A stretch of 64,000 nucleotides of DNA, from positions 429,722,001-429,786,000 of the forward strand of contig OZ024740.1 of the NCBI GenBank assembly GCA_964016885.1. The letters are read 5' to 3'. Shown in pieces: positions 15,801-28,200 of this stretch. A program made the position numbers and the translations under genes. Numbering within the stretch: position 1 is the first letter of the stretch; every line of letters starts with the position of its first letter. The notes under the pieces were generated by a model. That model did no database searches. It was given only the letters and a program-made list of their open reading frames with translations, and was not told the origin of the DNA. Source of the DNA: Eledone cirrhosa. Lineage: Eukaryota.

Positions 15801-18800
15801 TATTACTACCTATATCAGTACTGTTATATTATTCTAAACAACAACCTAATATTACTACCTATATCATTACTGTTATATTATTCTAAATAACAACCTAATA
15901 TTACTACCTATATCATTACTGTTATATTATATTAAATAACAACCTAATATTACTGCCTATATCATTACTGTTATATTATTCTAAATAACAACCTAATATT
16001 ACTACCTATATCATTACTGTTATATTATTTTAAATAACAACCTAATATTACTACCTATATCATTACTGTTATATTATTATAAATAACAACCTAATATTAC
16101 TACCTATATCATTACTGTTATATTATTCTAAATAACAACCTAATATTACTACCTATATCATTACTGTTATATTATTCTAAATAACAACCTAATATTACTA
16201 CCTATATCATTACTGTTATATTATTTTAAATAACAACCTAATATTACTACCTATATCATTACTGTTATATTATTCTAAATAACAACCTAATATTACTACC
16301 TATATAATTACTGTTATATTATTCTAAATAACAACCTAATATTACTACCTATATCATCACTGTTATATTATTTTAAATAACAACCTAATATTACTACCTA
16401 TATCATTACTGTTATATTATTCTAAATAACAACCAAATATTACTACCTATATCATTACTGTTATATTATTCTAAATAACAACCTAATATTACTACCTATA
16501 TCATTACTGTAACATTATTCTAATTAATAACCTAATATTACTACCTATACCATTACTGTTATATTATTTTAAATAACAACCTAATATTACTACCTATATC
16601 ATTACTGTTATATTATTCTAAATAACAACCTAATATTACTACCTATATCATTACTGTTATATTATTCTAAATAACAACCTAATATTACTACCTATATCAT
16701 TACTGTTATATTATTCTAAATAACAACCTAATATTACAACCTATATCATTACTGTTATATTATTCTAAATAACAACCTAATATTACTACCTATATCATTA
16801 CTGTTATATTATTTTAAATAACAACCTAATATTACTACCTATATCACTACTGTTATATTATTCTAAATAACAACCTAATATTACTACCTATATCATTACT
16901 GTTATATTATTCTAAATAAAAACCTAATATTACTACCTATATCATTACTGTTATATTATTTTAAATAACAACCTAATATTACTACCTATATCATTACTGT
17001 TATATTATTCTAAATAACAACCTAATATTACTACCTATATAATTACTGTTATATTATTCTAAATAACAACCTAATATTACTACCTATATCATCACTGTTA
17101 TATTATTTTAAATAACAACCTAATATTACTACCTATATCATTACTGTTATATTATTCTAAATAACAACCAAATATTACTACCTATATCATTACTGTTATA
17201 TTATTCTAAATAACAACCTAATATTACTACCTATATCATTACTGTAACATTATTCTAATTAATAACCTAATATTACTACCTATACCATTACTGTTATATT
17301 ATTTTAAATAACAACCTAATATTACTACCTATATCATTACTGTTATATTATTCTAAATAACAACCTAATATTACTACCTATATCATTACTGTTATATTAT
17401 TCTAAATAACAACCTAATATTACTACCTATATCATTACTGTTATATTATTCTAAATAACAACCTAATATTACAACCTATATCATTACTGTTATATTATTC
17501 TAAATAACAACCTAATATTACTACCTATATCATTACTGTTATATTATTTTAAATAACAACCTAATATTACTACCTATATCACTACTGTTATATTATTCTA
17601 AATAACAACCTAATATTACTACCTATATCATTACTGTTATATTATTCTAAATAACAACCTAATATTACTACCTATATCATTACTGTTATATTATTCTAAA
17701 TAACAACCTAATATTACTACCTATATCATTACTGTTATATTATTCTAAATAACAACCTAATATTACAACCTATATCATTACTGTTATATTATTCTAAATA
17801 ACAACCTAATATTACTACCTATATCATTACTGTTATATTATTCTAAATAACAACCTAATATTACTACCTATATCATTACTGTTATATTATTCTAAATAAC
17901 AACCTAATATTACAACCTATATCATTACTGTTATATTATTCTAAATAACAACCTAATATTACTACCTATATCATTACTGTTATATTATTTTAAATAACAA
18001 CCTAATATTACTACCTATATCACTACTGTTATATTATTCTAAATAACAACCTAATATTACTACCTATATCATTACTGTTATATTATTCTAAATAACAACC
18101 TAATATTACTACCTATATCATTACTGTTATATTATTTTAAATAACAACCTAATATTACTACCTATATCATTACTGTTATATTATTCTAAATAACAACCTA
18201 ATATTACTACCTATATAATTACTGTTATATTATTCTAAATAACAACCTAATATTACTACCTATATCATCACTGTTATATTATTTTAAATAACAACCTAAT
18301 ATTACTACCTATATCATTACTGTTATATTATTCTAAATAACAACCAAATATTACTACCTATATCATTACTGTTATATTATTCTAAATAACAACCTAATAT
18401 TACTACCTATATCATTACTGTAACATTATTCTAATTAATAACCTAATATTACTACCTATACCATTACTGTTATATTATTTTAAATAACAACCTAATATTA
18501 CTACCTATATCATTACTGTTATATTATTCTAAATAACAACCTAATATTACTACCTATATCATTACTGTTATATTATTCTAAATAACAACCTAATATTACT
18601 ACCTATATCATTACTGTTATATTATTCTAAATAACAACCTAATATTACAACCTATATCATTACTGTTATATTATTCTAAATAACAACCTAATATTACTAC
18701 CTATATCATTACTGTTATATTATTTTAAATAACAACCTAATATTACTACCTATATCACTACTGTTATATTATTCTAAATAACAACCTAATATTACTACCT

Positions 18801-21800
18801 ATATCATTACTGTTATATTATTCTAAATAACAACCTAATATTACTACCTATATCATTACTGTTATATTATTCTAAATAACAACCTAATATTACTACCTAT
18901 ATCATTACTGTTATATTATTCTAAATAACAACCTAATATTACAACCTATATCATTACTGTTATATTATTCTAAATAACAACCTAATATTACTACCTATAT
19001 CATTGCTGTTATATTATTTTAAATAACAACCTAATATTACTACCTATATCACTACTGTTATATTATTCTAAATAACAACCTAATATTACTACCTATATCA
19101 TTACTGTTATATTATTCTAAATAACAACCTAATATTACTACCTATATCATTACTGTTATATTATTCTAAATAACAACCTAATATTACTACCTATATCATT
19201 ACTGTTATATTATTCGAAATAACAACCTAATATTACTACCTATATCATTACTGTTATATTATTCGAAATAACAACCTAATATTACTACCTATATCATTAC
19301 TGTTATATTATTTTAAATAACAACCTAAAATTACTACCTATATCATTACTGTTATATTATTCTAAATAACAACCTAATATTACTACCTATATTATTACTG
19401 TTATATTATTCTAAATAACAACCTAATATTACTACCTATATCATTACTGTTATATTATTTTAAATAACAACCTAATATTACTACCTATATCATTACTGTT
19501 ATATTATTCTAAATAACAACCTAATATTACTACCTATATCATTACTGTTATATTATTCTAAATAACAACCTTATATTACTACCTATATCATTACTGTTAT
19601 ATTATTCTAAATAACAACCTAATATTACTACCTATATCATTACTGTTATATTATTCTAAATAATAACCTAATATTACTACCTATATCATTACTGTTATAT
19701 TATTCTAAATAACAACCTAATATTACTACCTATATCATTACTGTTATAATATTCTAAATAACAACCTAATATTACTACCTATATCATTACTGTTATATTA
19801 TTTTAAATAACAACCTAATATTACTACCTATATCATTACTGTTATATTATTCTAAAAAACAACCTAATATTACTACCTATATCATTACTGTTATATTATT
19901 CTAAATAACAACCTAATATTACAACCTATATCATTACTGTTATATTATTCTAAATAAAAACCTAATATTACAACCTATATCATTACTGTTATATTATTCT
20001 AAATAACAACCTAATATTACTACCTATATCATTACTGTAACATTATTCTAATTAATACCCTAATATTACTACCTATACCATTACTGTTATATTATTTTAA
20101 ATAACAACCTAATATTACTACCTATATCATTACTGTTATATTATTCTAAATAACAACCTAATATTACTACCTATATCATTACTGTTATATTATTCTAAAT
20201 AACAACCTAATATTACTACCTATATCATTACTGTTATATTATTCTAAATAACAACCTAATATTACAACCTATATCATTACTGTTATATTATTCTAAATAA
20301 CAACCTAATATTACTACCTATATCATTACTGTTATATTATTTTAAATAACAACCTAATATTACTACCTATATCACTACTGTTATATTATTCTAAATAACA
20401 ACCTAATATTACTACCTATATCATTACTGTTGTATTATTCTAAATAACAACCTAATATTACTACCTATATCATTACTGTTATATTATTCTAAATAACAAC
20501 CTAATATTACTACCTATATCATTACTGTTATATTATTCTAAATAACAACCTAATATTACAACCTATATCATTACTGTTATATTATTCTAAATAACAACCT
20601 AATATTACTACCTATATCATTGCTGTTATATTATTTTAAATAACAACCTAATATTACTACCTATATCACTACTGTTATATTATTCTAAATAACAACCTAA
20701 TATTACTACCTATATCATTACTGTTATATTATTCTAAATAACAACCTAATATTACTACCTATATCACTACTGTTATATTATTCTAAATAACAACCTAATA
20801 TTACTACCTATATCATTACTGTTATATTATTCGAAATAACAACCTAATATTACTACCTATATCATTACTGTTATATTATTCTAAATAACAACCTAATATT
20901 ACTACCTATATCATTACTGTTATATTATTCTAAATAACAACCTAATATTACTACCTATATTATTACTGTTATATTATTCTAAATAACAACCTAATATTAC
21001 TACCTATATCATTACTGTTATATTATTTTAAATAACAACCTAATATTACTACCTATATCATTACTGTTATATTATTCTAAATAACAACCTAATATTACTA
21101 CCTATATCATTACTGTTATATTATTCTAAATAACAACCTAATATTACTACCTATATCATTACTGTTATATTATTCTAAATAATAACCTAATATTACTACC
21201 TATATCATTACTGTTATATTATTCTAAATAACAACCTAATATTACTACCTATATCATTACTGTTATAATATTCTAAATAACAACCTAATATTACTACCTA
21301 TATCATTACTGTTATATTATTTTAAATAATAACCTAATATTACTACCTATATCATTACTGTTATATTATTCTAAAAAACAACCTAATATTACTACCTATA
21401 TCATTACTGTTATATTATTCTAAATAACAACCTAATATTACAACCTATATCATTACTGTTATATTATTCTAAATAAAAACCTAATATTACAACCTATATC
21501 ATTACTGTTATATTATTCTAAATAACAACCTAATATTACAACCTATATCATTACTGTTATATTATTCTAAATAACAACCTAATATTACTACCTATATCAC
21601 TACTGTTATATTATTCTAAATAACAACCTAATATTACTACCTATATCATTACTGTTATATTATTCTAAATAACAACCTAATATTACTACCCATATAATAC
21701 TGTTATATTATTCTAAATAACAACGTAATATTACTACCTATATCATTACTGTTATATTATTCGAAATAACAACCTAATATTACTACCTATATCATTACTG

Positions 21801-24800
21801 TTATATTATTCGAAATAACAACCTAATATTACTACCTATATCATTACTGTTATATTATTTTAAATAACAACCTAAAATTACTACCTATATCATTACTGTT
21901 ATATTATTCTAAATAACAACCTAATATTACTACCTATATTATTACTGTTATATTATTCTAAATAACAACCTAAAATTACTACCTATATCATTACTGTTAT
22001 ATTATTCTAAATAACAACCTAATATTACTACCTATATCATTACTGTTATATTATTCTAAATAACAACCTAATATTACTACATATTTCATTACTGTTATAT
22101 TATTCTAAACAACAACCTAATATTACTACCTATATCATTACTGTTATATTATTCTAAATAACAACCTAATATTACTACCTATATCATTACTGTTATATTA
22201 TATTAAATAACAACCTAATATTACTGCCTATATCATTACTGTTATATTATTCTAAATAACAACCTAATATTACTACCTATATCATTACTGTTATATTATT
22301 CTAAATAACAACCTAATATTACTACCTATATCATTACTGTTATATTATTTTAAATAACAACCTAAAATTACTACCTATATCATTACTGTTATATTATTCT
22401 AAATAACAACCTAATATTACTACCTATATTATTACTGTTATATTATTCTAAATAACAACCTAATATTACTACCTATATCATTACTGTTATATTATTCTAA
22501 ATAACAACCTAATATTACTACCTATATCATTACTGTTATATTATTTTAAATAACAACCTAATATTACTAGCTATATCATTACTGTTATATTATTATAAAT
22601 AACAACCTGATATTACTACCTATATCATTACTGTTATATTATTTTAAATAACCTAATATTACTACCTATATCATTACTGTTATATTATTCTAAATAACAA
22701 CCTAATATTACTACCTATACCATTACTGTTATATTATTCTAAATAACAACCTAATATTACTACCTATATCATTACTGTTATATTATTCTAAATAACAACC
22801 TAATATTACTACCTATATAATTACTGTTATATTATTTTAAATAACAACCTAATATTACTACCTATATCATTTCTGTTATATTATTCTAAATAACAACCTA
22901 ATATTACAACCTATATCATTACTGTTATATTATTCTAAATAACAACCTAATATTACAACCTATATCATTACTGTTATATTATTCTAAATAACAACCTAAT
23001 ATTACAACCTATATCATTATTGTTATATTATTCTAAATAACAACCTAATATTACTACCTATATCATTACTGTTATATTATTCAAAATAACAACCAAATAT
23101 TACTACCTATATCATTACTGTTATATTATTCTAAATAAGAACCTAATATTACTACCTATATTATTACTCTTATATTATTCTAAATAACAACCTAATATTA
23201 CTACCTATATCATTACTGTTATATTATTCTAAATAACAACCTAATATTACTACCTATATCATTACTGTTATATTATTCTAAATAACAACCTAATATTACT
23301 ACCTATATCATTACTGTTATATTATTTTAAATAACAACCTAATATTACTACCTATATCATTACTGTTATATTATTCTAAATAACAACCTAATATTACTAC
23401 CTATATCATTACTGTTATATTATTCTAAAGAACAACCTAATATTACAACCTATATCATTACTGTTATATTATTCTAAATAACAACCTAAAATTACTACCT
23501 ATATCATTACTGTTATATTACTCTAAATAACAACCTAATATTACTACCTATATTATTACTGTTATATTATTCTAAATAACAACCTAATATTACTACCTAT
23601 ATCATTACTGTTATATTATTTTAAATAACAACCTAATATTACTACCTATATCATTACTGTTATATTATTCTAAATAACAACCTAATATTACTACCTATAT
23701 CATTACTGTTATATTATTCTAAATAACAACCTAATATTACTACCTATATCATTACTGTTATATTATTCTAAATAACAACCTAATATTACTACCTATATCA
23801 TTACTGTTATATTATTCTAAATAACAACCTAATATTACTACCTATATCATTACTGTTATATTATTCTAAACAACAACCTAATATTACTACCTATATCATT
23901 ACTGTTATATTATTCTAAATAACAACCTAATATTACTACCTATATCATTACTGTTATATTATTTAAATAACAACCTAATATTACTACCTATATCATTACT
24001 TTTATATTATTCTAAATAACAACCTAATATTACTACCTATATCATTACTGTTATATTATTCTAAATAATAACCTAATATTACTACCTATATCATTACTGT
24101 TATATTATTCTAAATAACAACCTAATATTACTACCTATATCATTACTGTTATATTATTCTAAATAACAACCTAATATTACTACCTATATCATTACTGTTA
24201 TATTATTCTAAACAACAACCTAATATTACTACCTATATCATTACTGTTATATTATTCTAAATAACAACCTAATATTACTACCTATATAATTACTGTTATA
24301 TTATTTTAAATAACAACCTAATATTACTACCTATATCATTACTGTTATATTATTCTAAATAACAACCTAATATTACTACCTATATCATTACTGTTATATT
24401 ATTCTAAATAATAACCTAATATTACTACCTATATCATTACTGTTATATTATTCTAAATAACAACCTAATATTACTACCTATATCATTACTGTTATATTAT
24501 TCTAAATAACAACCTAATATTACTACCTATATCATTACTGTTATATTATTATAAATAACAACCTAATATTACTACCTATATCATTACTGTTATATTATTC
24601 TAAATAACAACCTAATATTACTACCTATATCATTACTGTTATATTATTCTAAATAATAACCTAATATTACTACCTATATCATTAATGTTATATTATTTTA
24701 AATAACAACCTAATATTACTACCTATATCATTACTGTTATATTATTCTAAATAACAACCTAATATTACTACCTATATCATTACTGTTATATTATTCTAAA

Positions 24801-25050
24801 TAACAACCTAATATTACTACCTATATCATTACTGTTATATTATTCTAAATAACAACCTAATATTACTACCTATATCATTACTGTTATATTATTCTAAATA
24901 ACAACCTAATATTACTACCTATATCATTACTGTTATATTATTTTAAATAACTGTTTCTACTTTAGGCACAAGGCCAGCAATTACCCAGTGCATTACTGGT
25001 ACTTTATTTTATCTACCCCGTAAGGATGAAAGGCAAAGTCAACCTCGGCA

Positions 25051-25062
25051 GGATTTGAACTC
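25051..25062 (-). promoter_or_regulatory. RNA Pol III B box of SINE copy 1 (copy 2 at 36406-36417)
   Basis: Minus-strand GAGTTCAAATCC matches the GTTCRANNC B-box consensus. Confidence 0.85.
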
Positions 25063-25113
25063 AGATCGTAAAGGGACGTAACTATGCTGGAAAGCATGGC
25101 GTCCGACCCTCTA

Positions 25114-25125
25114 CCGATACTGCCA
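25114..25125 (-). promoter_or_regulatory. RNA Pol III A box of SINE copy 1 (copy 2 at 36469-36480)
   Basis: Minus-strand TGGCAGTATCGG, 12 nt from the element 5' end, fits a TRGCNNARYNGG-type A box approximately. Confidence 0.7.
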
Positions 25126-25222
25126 ATCCAACGCCCTTTATATTATTTTAAATAACAACCTAATATTACTACCTATATCATTACTGTTATATTATTCTAA
25201 ATAACAACCTAATATTACTACC

Positions 25223-25266
25223 TAATATAACAGTAATGATATAGGTAGTAATATTAGGTTGTTATT
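25223..25266 (-). repeat. 44-bp inverted satellite fragment (micro-inversion / templated insertion), copy 1
   Basis: TAATATAACAGTAATGATATAGGTAGTAATATTAGGTTGTTATT is the exact reverse complement of AATAACAACCTAATATTACTACCTATATCATTACTGTTATATTA. Confidence 0.95.
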
Positions 25267-28200
25267 ACTGTTATATTATTCTAAATAACAACCTAATATT
25301 ACTACCTATATCATTACTGTTATATTATTTTAAATGACCTAATATTACTACCTATATCATTACTGTTATATTATTCGAAATAACAACCTAATATTACTAC
25401 CTATATCATTACTGTTATATTATTTTAAATAACAACCTAAAATTACTACCTATATCATTACTGTTATATTATTCTAAATAACAACCTAATATTACTACCT
25501 ATATTATTACTGTTATATTATTCTAAATAACAACCTAATATTACTACCTATATCATTACTGTTATATTATTTTAAATAACAACCTAATATTACTACCTAT
25601 ATCATTACTGTTATTTTATTCTAAATAACAACCTAATATTACTATCTATATCATTACTGTTATATTATTCTAAATAACAACCAAATATTACTACCTATAT
25701 CATTACTGTTATATTATTCTAAATAACAACCTAATATTACTACCTATATCATTACTGTTATATTATTCTAAATAACAACCTAATATTACTATCTATATCA
25801 TTACTGTTATATTATTTTAAATAACAACCTAATATTACTACCTATATCACTACTGTTATATTATTCTAAATAACAACCTAATATTACTACCTATATCATT
25901 ACTTTTATATTATTCTAAATAACAACCTAATATTACTACCTATATCATTACTGTTATATTATTCTAAATAACAACCTAATATTACTACCTATATCATTAC
26001 TGTTATATTATTCGAAATAACAACCTAATATTACTACCTATATCATTACTGTTATATTATTCGAAATAACAACCTAATATTACTACCTATATCATTACTG
26101 TTATATTATTATAAATAACAACCTAAAATTACTACCTATATCATTACTGTTATATTATTCTAAATAACAACCTAATATTATTACCTATATTATTACTGTT
26201 ATATTATTCTAAATAACAACCTAATATTACTACCTATATCATTACTGTTATATTATTTTAAATAACAACCTAATATTACTACCTATATCATTACTTTTAT
26301 ATTATTCTAAATAAGAACCTAATATTACTACCTATATCACTACTGTTATATTATTCTAAATAACAACCTAATATTACTACCTATATCATTACTGTTATAT
26401 TATTCGAAATAACAACCTAATATTACTACCTATATCGTTACTGTTATATTATTCTAAATAACAACCTAATATTACTACCTATATCATTACTGTTATATTA
26501 TTCGAAATAACAACCTAATATTACTATCTATATCATTACTGTTATATTATTCTAAATAACAACATAATATTACTACCTATATTATTACTGTTATATTATT
26601 CTAAATAACAACCTAATATTACTACCTATATCATTACTGTTATATTATTTTAAATAACAACCTAATATTACTACCTATATCATTACTGTTATATTATTCT
26701 AAATAACAACATAATATTACTACCTATATTATTACTGTTATATTATTCTAAATAACAACCTAATATTACTACCTATATCATTACTGTTATATTATTTTAA
26801 ATAACAACCTAATATTACTACCTATATCATTACTGTTATATTATTCTAAATAACAACCTAATATTACTACCTATATCATTACTGTTATATTATTCTACAT
26901 AACAACCTAATATTACTACCTATATCATTACTGTTATATTATTCTAAACAACAACCTAATATTACTACCTATATCATTACTGTTATATTATTCTAAATAA
27001 CAACCTAATATTACTACCTATATCATTACTGTTATATTATATTAAATAACAACCTAATATTACTGCCTATATCATTACTGTTATATTATTCTAAATAACA
27101 ACCTAATATTACTACCTATATCATTACTGTTATATTATTCTAAATAATAACCTAATATTACTACCTATATCAGTACTGTTATATTATTCTAAACAACAAC
27201 CTAATATTACTACCTATATCATTACTGTTATATTATTCTAAATAACAACCTAATATTACTACCTATATCATTACTGTTATATTATATTAAATAACAACCT
27301 AATATTACTGCCTATATCATTACTGTTATATTATTCTAAATAACAACCTAATATTACTACCTATATCATTACTGTTATATTATTTTAAATAACAACCTAA
27401 TATTACTACCTATATCATTACTGTTATATTATTATAAATAACAACCTAATATTACTACCTATATCATTACTGTTATATTATTCTAAATAACAACCTAATA
27501 TTACTACCTATATCATTACTGTTATATTATTCTAAATAACAACCTAATATTACTACCTACATCATTACTGTTATATTATTTTAAATAACAACCTAATATT
27601 ACTACCTATATCATTACTGTTATATTATTCTAAATAACAACCTAATATTACTACCTATATAATTACTGTTATATTATTCTAAATAACAACCTAATATTAC
27701 TACCTATATCATCACTGTTATATTATTTTAAATAACAACCTAATATTACTACCTATATCATTACTGTTATATTATTCTAAATAACAACCAAATATTACTA
27801 CCTATATCATTACTGTTATATTATTCTAAATAACAACCTAATATTACTACCTATATCATTACTGTAACATTATTCTAATTAATAACCTAATATTACTACC
27901 TATACCATTACTGTTATATTATTTTAAATAACAACCTAATATTACTACCTATATCATTACTGTTATATTATTCTAAATAACAACCTAATATTACTACCTA
28001 TATCATTACTGTTATATTATTCTAAATAACAACCTAATATTACTACCTATATCATTACTGTTATATTATTCTAAATAACAACCTAATATTACAACCTATA
28101 TCATTACTGTTATATTATTCTAAATAACAACCTAATATTACTACCTATATCATTACTGTTATATTATTTTAAATAACAACCTAATATTACTACCTATATC

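Larger units (their letters stand above)
24952..25137 (-). mobile_element. tRNA-derived SINE (SINE2-like), 186 bp, copy 1
   Basis: Non-satellite, more GC-rich insert. The minus strand reads AGGGCGTTGGATTGGCAGTATCGGTAG...TCTGAGTTCAAATCCTGCCGAGGTTGACTTTGCCTTTCATCCTTACGGGGTAGATAAAATAAAGTACCAG...GGCCTTGTGCCTAAAGTAGAAACA. It has an A box, a B box and a 19-bp TSD. The body resembles octopus SINEs from memory (not database-checked). Confidence 0.9.
24933..25156 (+). repeat. 19-bp target-site duplication flanking SINE copy 1 (24933-24951 and 25138-25156)
   Basis: TTATATTATTTTAAATAAC lies on both sides. Both copies carry the minority TTTT variant rather than consensus TTCT, and satellite phase resets by exactly 19 bp. 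Confidence 0.85.

Noticed and set aside
25040-25137. Functional tRNA gene
   Set aside because: A and B boxes are present, but there is no convincing acceptor stem or 7-nt anticodon loop. It continues into a SINE-like body, lacks a T-run terminator and is flanked by a TSD.
24952-25266. MITE or DNA transposon with terminal inverted repeats, or a recombinase-driven invertible switch
   Set aside because: The insert has no TIRs. The inverted piece is satellite-derived, is an insertion replacing 4 bp rather than a reciprocal inversion, and has the same orientation in both copies.
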